A stretch of DNA of 64,000 bases from Candidatus Saccharimonadota bacterium (GTDB lineage: Bacteria > Patescibacteriota > Saccharimonadia > CAILAD01 > BJGX01): assembly GCA_046350735.1 (NCBI GenBank), contig JAXLZU010000001.1, positions 684,462 through 748,461 of the forward strand. Direction: 5' to 3'. A model generated the notes under the pieces. It was not told the origin of the DNA, did no database searches, and worked only from the letters and a program-made list of their open reading frames with translations. A program made the translations under genes and the position numbers. Positions within the stretch are counted from its first letter, which is position 1, and each line of letters opens with the position of its first letter. Positions 34,416 through 44,829 of the stretch are shown one piece after another.

Positions 34416-36920
34416 TTAATTTCCGGTCTGTTCTGTACCCATTCCGCCTGCCGCAGCAGTTCCGCCCGCAGGCTCACTTGGCAAGCTATCACTAAGGCTC
34501 TGGGCTATCTCTGCATCAACTTCGGCTTTGGGACGGCCATACTTGGCTCGTGAAAGATCGCGCATAGCGTTTTGTAGGTTGGTATTAATAACATTACCAT
34601 CCACCGGTGGGTCTCCATGCAGACTAAATGGAGTAGTTGGGATTCCATCGGCTATTATTTTGGCAGCAGCATAATGATTGGGTATATTCGCAATATCACT
34701 GGCGTCAAATTGTGGTGAGAATTGCTTGGCAATATATTCTGCATCATCATTACCTACTCGGTAAATAACCATACTTCCCACATTACCAAAAACCGCATCC
34801 CGAATTTGCTCGTCTATTTGCTCAATATACTGGTTAGCTACTATAAGATTAAAGTGATACTTTCGTGCTTCAGAGAGAATGGTTGCAAAACTATCAGTTG
34901 CAATATTCTGAAACTCATCGACATACAGAGCAAAGTCTACACGCTGATCTTCTGGTGTATCGGCTCGGCTCATAGCTGCCATTTGTAGCTTAATAACAAA
35001 TATCATACCAAGTAATTTAGCATTCAACTCACCAAGCAACCCCTTACTGAGGTTGGCTATCAAAATCTTATTAGTATCCATTATTTGGCGAAAATTAAAG
35101 GCAGAGGTTTTTTGTCCAATAATATTTCTAAGCATGGCGTTATTTGCAAAAGCACCAAACTTCGAAACAAACCATCCTAGCATCTCACTCTTAGAATGTG
35201 CATCTGTCTGGGCCATTTCGCCAGTCCAGAAATCTTGCACAGTTGGGTCGGTAACATATTTGAATTTCTTTTTTAAATACTCGTCATCAGTAAACACTTT
35301 TGGTATTTCTATAAATGTACCGCCCTCCGGATCAGCCATAACCGTTAGGGCAGCATTGCGAAACCAGTGTTCGTAGCGTGGACCAATAATACCTTGATGC
35401 TGCGGGTCGTAGAGTTTATACAGCATTGAGATGGCCTCTTGCACCAAGAAGTCACGCTGCTCTGGGTGGTTGCGATCATACTCCATAATATTAAACCCAA
35501 GAGGAAACTCCGTATCTCCTGGACTAAAATAAATAACATCTTCCGCTCGATTTGCTGGAATTCGTCCTAAAAATTTTTCGGCCTCATCACCATTAGGGTC
35601 GATAAAACAAAACCCTTTACCCGCATAGGCATCTTGCAACATCAAATTTGTCAGTAAGGTTGATTTACCGGTACCAGTCTGACCAATCGTATAAATATGT
35701 CGTCGCTTATCGTCTTGCGTAATATAGATAGGAGTATTCGTACCTCTATACTCATTTATGCCAATCCGTAATCCCTCTGTTGGTAATCCTGCCGGTGCTG
35801 GGACTTCTTTTACCGCCTTTCGCTCTAAATGGGTAGCAATACCAATTACCTCGCTTGGTAAATGAAATATCGTGGCCAACTCGACTGCATTTAATACATT
35901 TTTCTTTTTATTAGCCGGAAAAAAACGAAAGATAAAATTGGTTGCTATCTCTTGTGGAGAGTCAGCACTTTGGTATTTAAACCCATTACTACCACCTTGG
36001 CTAAGCTGTGAGAATCCAAGCTGCATATCTTGTATCATTACATGGGCCCGAGCAGGATTGTCAGAGCTAGCTATAAGACGAATACATGTTTCAAAAGCTG
36101 GTGACTTCGCCTTGTCTTCTATGGTCTCGCTCTTGCGTTGATCAATAGCAGTTGGCTGCTTATCGGGCTTCTTATCTTCGCTACCCGAACTGGGTGCCTT
36201 AAATGGCGCTCGTAATACGTCAGAACCAAAACTGAGCATTTTGTTTTCTGAACTACTTGGGTCTAAATGCTCTTTACTGCGTTTTAGAGCGTATTTTGTC
36301 CAGTCACTACCCGCTGGACGGATGAGAATTTGAATACCTATACCTTCACCCTCTCCAAGATTGGTGAGGCTCGATAATATTCCGGCTAGCGGATCGAAGT
36401 CGCTCGACTTATAGGTGTTAATTGGATAAATACTCTCTTTTGTTAATACAAGCTCACCACCCTGCACACCAGCAATTTTACTTTTATCAGAGAATATATT
36501 TGTTTCTTCGGCCTGTTCTATTTGAATGTCTGGATATCCTGCTACTAAGGCTTTTTGTACTGCACTCAGCAAACTAACAGGAACAACAATATAAAAGTGA
36601 ATCAACTTACCTTCGGCAATTATTTCGAGGCTGATATATTTTTTGCCATAATACGAAGCCTTTTCGGTGGCTATACCGCTTAATAGATTAAATACACCTT
36701 CGGCTTTGGCTATATTTTCTTTAATAAGTTCTCGACTATCTCTACTATCTTCGCTAACCTCTTGGGGAGGGAGTTTTACTAATAGTGGCACCATTTTTAG
36801 AGATCGTTCAATATCTTTGCTGTGTCGGGCGCGCTTGCGTAGCAAAAAATATGCCAATACACTTATGACGCTAGCAAATAGTACAAATAATATACTCGTA
36901 AAGATTACAAACTGATTCAT
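34416..36920 (-). CDS. Membrane-anchored P-loop ATPase of the FtsK/HerA superfamily, VirB4/VirD4 (TraG/TrbE)-like, 834 aa.
   Basis: N-terminal TM. Walker A IGQTGTGKSTLL followed by FIDPNGDE (the DPKGE-like motif of type IV secretion ATPases). Walker B ALYVDEFQNIA, then ARKYHFNLIVANQYIEQ (the R...ATQ/ANQ motif). Confidence 0.55.
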   Translation of the reverse strand: MNQFVIFTSILFVLFASVISVLAYFLLRKRARHSKDIERSLKMVPLLVKLPPQEVSEDSRDSRELIKENIAKAEGVFNLLSGIATEKASYYGKKYISLEIIAEGKLIHFYIVVPVSLLSAVQKALVAGYPDIQIEQAEETNIFSDKSKIAGVQGGELVLTKESIYPINTYKSSDFDPLAGILSSLTNLGEGEGIGIQILIRPAGSDWTKYALKRSKEHLDPSSSENKMLSFGSDVLRAPFKAPSSGSEDKKPDKQPTAIDQRKSETIEDKAKSPAFETCIRLIASSDNPARAHVMIQDMQLGFSQLSQGGSNGFKYQSADSPQEIATNFIFRFFPANKKKNVLNAVELATIFHLPSEVIGIATHLERKAVKEVPAPAGLPTEGLRIGINEYRGTNTPIYITQDDKRRHIYTIGQTGTGKSTLLTNLMLQDAYAGKGFCFIDPNGDEAEKFLGRIPANRAEDVIYFSPGDTEFPLGFNIMEYDRNHPEQRDFLVQEAISMLYKLYDPQHQGIIGPRYEHWFRNAALTVMADPEGGTFIEIPKVFTDDEYLKKKFKYVTDPTVQDFWTGEMAQTDAHSKSEMLGWFVSKFGAFANNAMLRNIIGQKTSAFNFRQIMDTNKILIANLSKGLLGELNAKLLGMIFVIKLQMAAMSRADTPEDQRVDFALYVDEFQNIATDSFATILSEARKYHFNLIVANQYIEQIDEQIRDAVFGNVGSMVIYRVGNDDAEYIAKQFSPQFDASDIANIPNHYAAAKIIADGIPTTPFSLHGDPPVDGNVINTNLQNAMRDLSRAKYGRPKAEVDAEIAQSLSDSLPSEPAGGTAAAGGMGTEQTGN

Positions 36921-36947
36921 ATAATAATTCGCTCAGACGGTTGGTTA

Positions 36948-37403
36948 TTACGAAACATCTAGATTAAACCGCTGTTTTTGATATGCCCGACTAACTATGT
37001 TGTGATCGATATCTTCTGTAAGGGGGTCGTCTTCGTCTTTTTCTATGACCTGGTCTACAGTATCGACCCATTCTTTCTCTATTAAATCATCATCACTAGC
37101 CGATAGACTTGCTAAATCTTGGGCCTGTAGGGCCCGTCCTTGTACGCTACCTGTATGAACCACTTGTGCTGGTGGTGGAGGGCTAAGAAGGCTAGAATTA
37201 ACAGCATCTGATTGTGCATTTGGATCTACTGTCGTAGTAGCGGGTGCAGGAGCAGCTTCTACCTGCCCGGTGAGACTCTCGGCAGTAGGGGGGGTAGTTG
37301 GTTGCAAATTGGGTGCACTTGCCCGCTGAGCAGCAATCTGTTCTATAGTTGGCTGCGGATTTGGCGCAACATTTGGGCTAGAGGGAGTTTGTTGGGGATC
37401 CAT
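36948..37403 (-). CDS. Pro/Ala/Gln-rich acidic hypothetical protein.
   Basis: 151-aa low-complexity ORF upstream of the ATPase gene. Confidence 0.3.
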   Translation of the reverse strand: MDPQQTPSSPNVAPNPQPTIEQIAAQRASAPNLQPTTPPTAESLTGQVEAAPAPATTTVDPNAQSDAVNSSLLSPPPPAQVVHTGSVQGRALQAQDLASLSASDDDLIEKEWVDTVDQVIEKDEDDPLTEDIDHNIVSRAYQKQRFNLDVS

Positions 37404-37446
37404 GCCCTATATTATACCAGTTATGTTTATACGAGACTATATCGAC

Positions 37447-38949
37447 TTAACTATGTACCCAAACAGGTGTGCCAACAGGTGCCCAGCCATATAAGAATGC
37501 TGCAGAACTAGCAGACATATTCACACAGCCGTGACTACCATTGTAGTAATAGTCAGATCCGCCATAACCCGAGCGCCATCTATCTGCATCGTGCAAACCA
37601 TAACCGTTATAAAACGGCATCCAGTAATCAACAAAAACATTGTAGTTATATCCATACTGCGCACCATTAAGGTATCTGCTACGTTCTTTGGCATAAATTG
37701 CAAATGTACCAGTTACGGTACCAAATCCCGCACCCGTTGCACCGCTGGTAATAGGGGCATTAAAGACAACTTGTCCATCTTGCCAGGCCCAGAGATGCTG
37801 CTGGCGCAATGATACTTCAATATATTGTGGGTAATCTAAGCCACCAATTCCTCCAAAAGCATTTGTCTGAGTCTTAAAGGCTACCGGTGAAGCATTTAGA
37901 TTAAAGCTAATGTCTTGATTAGCATTCAGCCCGGCCACTATTGCGTCAATTGCTGGCCCCTGATTAACCGCCAGACCATCAACACCTTCTTGAGTTACCG
38001 AGCTAGTGCCATTGGCTACTGTTATTATTTTGTTTTTTGGTGCAATATTTATTTGGTTTGCAACTGACTGAACATAACCCGCAACTTGCTCTGGAGATAT
38101 TTTAGCAACTAAATGTTTTTTATCATCCTGCCCATCTTGCACTTCAAAAACTATCATATGCCCAATAGCATTCTTATCGGCAATAAAACTTTTGCCGTTG
38201 TACGTCAAAACAATTTGTTTGCTCAAAAGCATCTCAGCACTAGCACGGGCTGCAGACAAATCAGCTACTTGAATATCGGCCTTTTGTACCTCTGGGCGTA
38301 ATGTAATGTTTTCGTCTTGACCATCACTCAGTGCCGACTGAATGATTTTACTTAGAGCTTTCTGGTCTATTCGCAATCCATCTTGGTCTGGCTGGTCGGT
38401 AATAACACCTTCATTTATCACTAGCGTAGCATTAATAGGGTCATGACCAACTGAATCTACCACAGAAGAAGTAAAAGCTTTTAGTTTTACCAGGTCTAGA
38501 TTGTACGCCAACCCTAACTGACCGTTTCTCTCACTGGCAAAAATACCAAAGATTGGTAAAAGTGAATTTTTACCTACGCTGTAGGCAGTATTAGCTGTAG
38601 TAATCAAATCATAATTCGACCCCAATTCTGTATCGGTGGTTGTAAACACCTTATCGCCGACCTTGAGGGTAAAGTTACGTTTGGTTTCTATTTGACGCAA
38701 ACTCTGAATGGCTTCAGCTCGGGTTTTAAAACTTAGATCGTGGCCAGCCACCGACACACCTGGGTAAATCCTGCCAGTTAATAGAGCTGCCACAATACCG
38801 TTAATACAAAGAAACGCTAATAGTGCCCCTAGTACTACGAATTGTATTCTAGCCACGGGACTTGGCTTTTGGCCAGACTTGCTTAACGACTTTGGCAGAG
38901 CAAAGCGATGTGTATAAGGTGGGGTATTAGGTTGCTGTTGTTTTGGCAT
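37447..38949 (-). CDS. L,D-transpeptidase (YkuD/ErfK family) with an N-terminal TM anchor and a large extracytoplasmic domain.
   Basis: C-terminal catalytic motif YGLHDADRWRSGYGG...YNGSHGCVNM (H...SHGC) and a TM near the N-terminus. Confidence 0.6.
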   Translation of the reverse strand: MPKQQQPNTPPYTHRFALPKSLSKSGQKPSPVARIQFVVLGALLAFLCINGIVAALLTGRIYPGVSVAGHDLSFKTRAEAIQSLRQIETKRNFTLKVGDKVFTTTDTELGSNYDLITTANTAYSVGKNSLLPIFGIFASERNGQLGLAYNLDLVKLKAFTSSVVDSVGHDPINATLVINEGVITDQPDQDGLRIDQKALSKIIQSALSDGQDENITLRPEVQKADIQVADLSAARASAEMLLSKQIVLTYNGKSFIADKNAIGHMIVFEVQDGQDDKKHLVAKISPEQVAGYVQSVANQINIAPKNKIITVANGTSSVTQEGVDGLAVNQGPAIDAIVAGLNANQDISFNLNASPVAFKTQTNAFGGIGGLDYPQYIEVSLRQQHLWAWQDGQVVFNAPITSGATGAGFGTVTGTFAIYAKERSRYLNGAQYGYNYNVFVDYWMPFYNGYGLHDADRWRSGYGGSDYYYNGSHGCVNMSASSAAFLYGWAPVGTPVWVHS

Positions 38950-39005
38950 AACTACCTGGTAATTTTAGTATTGTCTATTATTATACCTCTTATGCTTAGA
39001 AAAAG

Positions 39006-41789
39006 TCAGACTATTTTACTCTTACTTATAGTGTTGCTCGTTAACAACCCGTTTTCTATGCTGTTCATATGCTTTGCTATCTCCTTCTGACTAGGGTTAG
39101 CTCCACAATCTATCCAAATTCTCATACTTACCCGCTTCTTATTCGCGCCAGCTAGTTCTTCGCTGGTGAATTCTTGGATAAATTGTATGCGAGATACATG
39201 TTTTTGCGATTTTGTAATCAATGCAATATCTTGCCAAAGAATTTCATTAGATAATTCTAACGTAAGATCTCGACTAACAAGTTGGTAGGGGAGAGATGGT
39301 ACCGATTTTTGGGCAATTTCGGTAAAGATAGATTGATCGGGCAAAGTTAGTTCTGCAAAACTTACTTCTTCATTAATTGAGAATTTTTTTAGACAAACAG
39401 GTTTTATTTGTCCATAAACTCCTTTTACCTCGGGTATACGCTGGCTTTGCAAAATAGCAGTTCTACCAGCCAAGAAATTGTCTTCTTCACTCCGGCTATA
39501 TGTAAAGGCCAGTTGATAACGACTTTCACACATATCGAGTACACTCTTTATTCTCTCAAGCCCGTTTTGACCAACTGCAGTTATTGCCAATCGCCAACCT
39601 TCTTCTGCTAGTGTCTTCGAGCGAGGAGATTTATTATAGATTCGTGCAAGCTCAAAGAATCCATACTCTTTTTGATAAAATGTATTGTTTCGCGCTGCTG
39701 TCTGCAAATGACTACTTAAGAGTGAGTTGCGCAAATAGGCTTGTTCTTTACTCATAGGGTTTTCTATTGCCAGCACACTAGTTGGATCAATAGTAGTGTC
39801 TAGCAGATCTTGCTGACTAACAAAAGAGTATGTAGTTACTTCAAATAGTCCAGCTGCTACCAAATCTTCGCGCATACCCATTAGCCCGGGTAACATCTGA
39901 TGATCAGACGTTTCCATAGGAGGTAATTCGGGCAATTCGCTCGGCATATTTTCATAACCCACTATCTTAGCTGCCTCTTCTATCAGGTCGACTTCTTTGG
40001 TAATATCAGTACGCCACCAGGGTGCAACAACTGCAATTATATGATTAAAGCTACTAACATAACGCCGTGCTCCTTTAAAACTAGGGTTAGTAGTATAACT
40101 TTCGAGTGATGTATAGCGCACATCGGCCGTTTTGCGCTGTTTATATCTACCAGTTTTAGCATCAAACTCATATTCGCTAGCCTCTATAACTTGGTTTTTA
40201 CCCAAATACATACCAACATGCCCTATATCGCCGCGGCTTTTGGCGTCTAATTTTTCCCAGTGCCCAGAGTAAAATAGCAGATCTCCAGGCTTGAGATTAT
40301 CTTTGTCGACAGGCTTTCCAGAGTTAAATTGTTGCTGTGCAGTGTGCCCAATAGTTATACCAATTTTTGAATATATTCTCTCTACTAAATACGAGCAGTC
40401 AAAAGCGTCTTCGCCGTTTTTCTTAAAGCTAGCACCATATACATAGGGTTTACCAAGATGTTTTTTAGCCTCGCTCGAGAGAGAAAAGTGTTCTGCACTA
40501 AACCCACGCGCACGCAACCCTTCAATTATTTCTTTTTCATTCAGCTTTGTACCAAGCACCATTTCTGCCCGGCGCTGACGCAAACCAACATACGATATCC
40601 ATGGCCATGCATATAATTGATCATTTACTTCATCAAGCAACTCGGCATGACAAATTTCTTTCAATAATTGTGCAGCTCGCTCAAAAGCAAAACAGGGAAG
40701 GGGGAGTGGGAGACCTTTCTCGAATCGAGTACTTGCCTCAGAACGTAAGCCGTGACGCAGTGCACTTCTTCGAATAGTAGTTTTATTAAAGTTAGCAACT
40801 TCTAAGACAATCTCTTGTGTTTGGTTACTTACTTCGCTACTGGCTCCACCCATTACACCTGCCAGTCCAATGGCACCCGAATTATCTGCAATCACTAAGT
40901 CCTCTTTGCTTAGCTTTCTTTCTACGCCATCCAAAGTAGAGAGGGCTTCACCGGCTTTGGCAAATCGCACCTGCAAAGCACCACTAAGTTTTTTTCTATC
41001 ATAAGCATGACTTGGTTGGCCAGTTTCTAACATCACATAGTTAGTAATATCTACAACGGGGTGAATAGCACGCATCCCTGAAGCTTCTAAGTTTTCCACA
41101 ATCCAAGCCGGAGTCTCGACATTGTTATTAATACGAAATGCTGCGCTGACAAATCGCTCACACTCCCCAGTTTCCTTGACTTTCACCACTTCTCTGTTTT
41201 TATATTCAATTTTCTGTCGTTCTGGTTCTACAATCTGGTTTTTAGAAGAATTAGCAGAAATTTCGCGCGCCAAACCCAAAACCGACAATAAGTCCCACCG
41301 GTTTGCAGGCGTCTTAACATCCACAATATCGGTCATATTCTCTATGTCGCACAATGATATTCCAAGGGGGAGATCAGGGTCGAGCTCTAACAAGCCGGTA
41401 TGGTCACTACCCATGCCTAGCTCTTTTGCCGATGCCAGCATTCCGGCCGACATTTCGCCACGAATTTCTCGCTCACCAATTACAAAATCTTCCGGTAAGA
41501 CACTACCGGGCTGAGCATATGCTACCACCAAACCTTTTCGAACATTGGGCGCGCCGCAGACAACTCGACGTGTAGTGTTGCCAAACTCTATATCTACCAA
41601 GTGTAATTTATCAGCATTTGGATGGTCTATTACATTTACCACTTTGGCAATAATTACTTTTTTATCTAACTTGGGTGGCGTAATAACTTCTTCTATTTCT
41701 ACCTCGGTACGCTCTAATGCTGCCACAATCTCATCAGTAGAAAGAGATTTTTTTAGATAACGATTTAGCCATTGTATACGTACTTTCAT
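39006..41789 (-). CDS. pheT: Phenylalanine--tRNA ligase beta subunit, with a roughly 150-aa NlpC/P60-like insertion inside the B5 domain.
   Basis: N-terminal tRNA-binding domain, B3/4, B5 flanks (LRQRRAEMVLG...IIEGLRARGF / IIAVVAPWWRTDITKEVDLIEEAAKIVGYENMP), catalytic-like core and C-terminal anticodon-binding domain. 927 aa. Confidence 0.9.
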   Translation of the reverse strand: MKVRIQWLNRYLKKSLSTDEIVAALERTEVEIEEVITPPKLDKKVIIAKVVNVIDHPNADKLHLVDIEFGNTTRRVVCGAPNVRKGLVVAYAQPGSVLPEDFVIGEREIRGEMSAGMLASAKELGMGSDHTGLLELDPDLPLGISLCDIENMTDIVDVKTPANRWDLLSVLGLAREISANSSKNQIVEPERQKIEYKNREVVKVKETGECERFVSAAFRINNNVETPAWIVENLEASGMRAIHPVVDITNYVMLETGQPSHAYDRKKLSGALQVRFAKAGEALSTLDGVERKLSKEDLVIADNSGAIGLAGVMGGASSEVSNQTQEIVLEVANFNKTTIRRSALRHGLRSEASTRFEKGLPLPLPCFAFERAAQLLKEICHAELLDEVNDQLYAWPWISYVGLRQRRAEMVLGTKLNEKEIIEGLRARGFSAEHFSLSSEAKKHLGKPYVYGASFKKNGEDAFDCSYLVERIYSKIGITIGHTAQQQFNSGKPVDKDNLKPGDLLFYSGHWEKLDAKSRGDIGHVGMYLGKNQVIEASEYEFDAKTGRYKQRKTADVRYTSLESYTTNPSFKGARRYVSSFNHIIAVVAPWWRTDITKEVDLIEEAAKIVGYENMPSELPELPPMETSDHQMLPGLMGMREDLVAAGLFEVTTYSFVSQQDLLDTTIDPTSVLAIENPMSKEQAYLRNSLLSSHLQTAARNNTFYQKEYGFFELARIYNKSPRSKTLAEEGWRLAITAVGQNGLERIKSVLDMCESRYQLAFTYSRSEEDNFLAGRTAILQSQRIPEVKGVYGQIKPVCLKKFSINEEVSFAELTLPDQSIFTEIAQKSVPSLPYQLVSRDLTLELSNEILWQDIALITKSQKHVSRIQFIQEFTSEELAGANKKRVSMRIWIDCGANPSQKEIAKHMNSIENGLLTSNTISKSKIV

Positions 41790-42772
41790 ACAAATTGCTC
41801 CAAGAATTCAAAACGTGGTCGCCATAGCTCGCGTAAGTCATCAAGTCCATATTTAATTGCAGCAATTCGCTCGGCACCCCAACCAAATGCAAAACCAGTG
41901 TATTTTTCAGGATCAATACCGCCATTTTGCAATACCACTGGGTTAATCATTCCAGCTCCACCCAATTCGAGCCATTGGCCTTTATAGCGACAGTCAAGTT
42001 CTACCGAAGGCTCGGTGTACGGAAAATAACTTGGCCTAAATCGTATGTCAGCCTCTGGCCCCAAGATACCCTGTACTACATGTAAGAGTGTTCCTTTTAG
42101 TTGTGCCATCGAAACTCCCTCACCCACTACAAGCCCTTCAATCTGATGGAATGCCCAAATATGAGTTACGTCCTCGTCTTCATTTCGAAATACTCTACCT
42201 GGTACAATAATTTTAAATGGTGGCTTATTGGCCTCCATAAACCGTACTTGCATTCCAGATGTATGGGTACGAGGCAGAACATCTAACTTGCCGTTGTTTT
42301 TTATGTAAAATGTGTCTTGCATCTCACGTGCGGGGTGAGATGCCGGCATATTAAGAGCTTCAAAGTTGTACCAATCTGTTTCTATCTCGCTACTATCTAC
42401 AACTGCAAATCCTAAATCTGAAAAGATTTTGTAGGTTTCTTGTAATACTCTGCTGGCAGGATGCATATGTCCGTAAGGCTGTTCAAACCTTTCACCAGGT
42501 AGAGAGATATCTTTTATAGGAAACTGTTGCGATGCCACAAGCTGTTCACGCGCTTCTGTAATAGCGTGTTCTATTTGGTTTTTTAATACGTTTAGGTCTT
42601 TACCCTTCTTGGCTTTCTCTTCTGTACTTAAGCCAGGCAACAAACGGAGTTGCTCAGATATAAAACTATTACTACCGAGATACTTAGATTTAACCTGAGC
42701 AATGGCGTGCTCATTACTCGCCTGCTTTAAATCAGCCTCCAGGTTTTTAAGAATGTTGGTTTGAGAGGTCAT
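41786..42772 (-). CDS. pheS: Phenylalanine--tRNA ligase alpha subunit.
   Basis: Class II motifs FRPSYFPYTEPSVELD and GFAFGWGAERIAAIKYGLDDLR. Confidence 0.9.
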   Translation of the reverse strand: MTSQTNILKNLEADLKQASNEHAIAQVKSKYLGSNSFISEQLRLLPGLSTEEKAKKGKDLNVLKNQIEHAITEAREQLVASQQFPIKDISLPGERFEQPYGHMHPASRVLQETYKIFSDLGFAVVDSSEIETDWYNFEALNMPASHPAREMQDTFYIKNNGKLDVLPRTHTSGMQVRFMEANKPPFKIIVPGRVFRNEDEDVTHIWAFHQIEGLVVGEGVSMAQLKGTLLHVVQGILGPEADIRFRPSYFPYTEPSVELDCRYKGQWLELGGAGMINPVVLQNGGIDPEKYTGFAFGWGAERIAAIKYGLDDLRELWRPRFEFLEQFV

Positions 42773-43167
42773 ACTTTTTTCTTTCTGGTACGAAAATAGA
42801 TTTCGATTACCACCACTACAAGAATAAATAAGATAATATCACGAATACTCAGGCTTCTCAAACTCGAGAGCGCTAACAATATTGATACAGTAAATCCTAC
42901 CAAGAAACCTGTACGAAGTGAGCTGGTTAAGGCTTTAGTGGCAGTTAATCGATATTCTTCATGGCGCAGTTTCCATAGAAAGCCAAGCAAGGCAATTAAG
43001 CTACCAACACTTACTAATATACCAATAAACCAAAAAGTAATACCTGCTGGGCCCAATTTAGCAGGAGTATATGCTAGTAAGGCATAGATTACTCCAAGAG
43101 TGGACAATACTAGTGATGTAACCAAACCAAATATAGAAATAAGTATTACTGAGCGTTGAGAAATCAT
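42769..43167 (-). CDS. Hypothetical membrane protein (four TMs).
   Basis: 132-aa hydrophobic ORF. Its stop overlaps the pheS start by 4 nt. Confidence 0.4.
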   Translation of the reverse strand: MISQRSVILISIFGLVTSLVLSTLGVIYALLAYTPAKLGPAGITFWFIGILVSVGSLIALLGFLWKLRHEEYRLTATKALTSSLRTGFLVGFTVSILLALSSLRSLSIRDIILFILVVVVIEIYFRTRKKKV

Positions 43168-43479
43168 AGTTAGTACCTTCTATTGTACTGGTTTAGAGCA
43201 TTTCCATCAAATCGTGCTATTTGATCAAATAATATACTCAATATTGTATACATTTTTTATTTTATGATACTTATTTATACTATTGAACACTTATTTTGTA
43301 CTTATGATATTAGTCAAAATATTATATGTACACTATTTAGTTATTCGATTTGTAATAATACCCAGCGTAGCAATGTCTGTGTCACTATCAAACCAAAAAA
43401 CCGAACACATTATGCTCGACCTGTGGATATTGTGTATAAGTTGCAAAATATTTTGTCAGTGGTTATTAACAATAAATAA

Positions 43480-44751
43480 TTACATACCATTTTTAGGCAA
43501 GCCGATATCATTTCGGTACTGCATGCCACTAAATTCTATCTTTTTAATTGCACAATAAGCCTTATTTCTTGCCTCCTCAATAGAATTGCCATATGCTGTA
43601 ACGCTTAATACTCTTCCGCCGCTCGATAATAAGGTTTTTTCTTCTCGTTTAGTGCCGGCATGGAATACTACAACGTTATCCTTGTGATTTACGCTTTTTA
43701 CGCCTTTAATAGCTCTTCCTGTCTGTGTATTAACAGGGTAGCCAGCTGAAGCTAATGTTACACATATACCATAGCCATTTTTCCAGACTAGCTCAGTTTC
43801 AGACAGGTTTTCTTCTGTGCAGCGCCACAGCATATCAAAAAGGTCACTTTCTAATAATCTCATGTAGGTTTGACATTCAGGATCACCAAAACGTGCATTA
43901 TATTCAATTACCTTAATCCCCTTCTTAGTAATCATTAATCCTGGATACAAACAACCAATAAAAGGATGTCCTACTTTTGCCAACTCATCAATAATTGGCT
44001 TTACAATCTTCTGACCAATAAATGTGAGATCTTTGGCACTTAAAACATCTACAGGGGCCACAACACCCATACCGCCGGTATTTGGCCCCTTATCACCATC
44101 ATAAATAGCCTTATTGTCCTGACTAATAGGAAACAGCTCGAAATTTTTACCATCACAAATAGCATGCACCGAAAGTTCATACCCAGTCAAATACTCTTCA
44201 ATAATTACGGTATTTCCAGATTCACCAAACATATGCTCCAGCATAACCCTCTTCAACCAGTCCTGTGCTTCATTAAGTGAGTTACAAATAGATACTCCTT
44301 TGCCTAACGCTAAGCCGCTAGCTTTTAGTACTAACGGAAACTCTTGTTTCGACAAATAATCGAGCGCTTTATAATAATCGGTAAATACCCGGAAACTTGC
44401 TGTTGGAATATTTAGTCGCTGCATTAGCTCTTTTGCAAAAGATTTAGAAGATTCTATCTGGGCAGTATGTTTGTCCGGGCCAAAAATACGTAAGCCAGAC
44501 CTTCTAAATTCGTCTGTCACTCCTGCAGCCAAAGCATCATCGACACCTACCACCGTAAGGTCTATTAACTTCTCTCGAGCAAACATAACCAAGTTTTTTA
44601 TATCAGTTGGAGAGATTGCAATATTCTTGCCAAGTTCTTCTGTACCACCATTACCGGGTGCAAAAAATAATTCACTAACCTTTTTAGATTGCTTTAGTTT
44701 CCAACCTAAAGCATGTTCTCTACCTCCACCGCCAATAATTAATACCTTCAT
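43480..44751 (-). CDS. purD: Phosphoribosylamine--glycine ligase.
   Basis: MKVLIIGGGGREHALGWKL and an ATP-grasp core. The start is moved to the internal ATG at 44751; the ORF track starts 26 codons further upstream. Confidence 0.85.
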   Translation of the reverse strand: MKVLIIGGGGREHALGWKLKQSKKVSELFFAPGNGGTEELGKNIAISPTDIKNLVMFAREKLIDLTVVGVDDALAAGVTDEFRRSGLRIFGPDKHTAQIESSKSFAKELMQRLNIPTASFRVFTDYYKALDYLSKQEFPLVLKASGLALGKGVSICNSLNEAQDWLKRVMLEHMFGESGNTVIIEEYLTGYELSVHAICDGKNFELFPISQDNKAIYDGDKGPNTGGMGVVAPVDVLSAKDLTFIGQKIVKPIIDELAKVGHPFIGCLYPGLMITKKGIKVIEYNARFGDPECQTYMRLLESDLFDMLWRCTEENLSETELVWKNGYGICVTLASAGYPVNTQTGRAIKGVKSVNHKDNVVVFHAGTKREEKTLLSSGGRVLSVTAYGNSIEEARNKAYCAIKKIEFSGMQYRNDIGLPKNGM

Positions 44752-44829
44752 TACGCTTATCATAACAAAAAAAACCACCCTACTGGCAGTAAAGTGGTAA
44801 CTTTTCAACAAAATTTGGTTACGGGCCAA

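Noticed and set aside
43170-43480. A T-box leader for pheS or another riboswitch in the 310-bp AT-rich gap. The gap includes ORFs 43264..43479 and 43283..43558.
   Set aside because: No T-box consensus (AATTAGGGTGGNACCGCG) and no GC-rich helices are visible. It is probably just a promoter region. The small ORFs are AT-rich noise.
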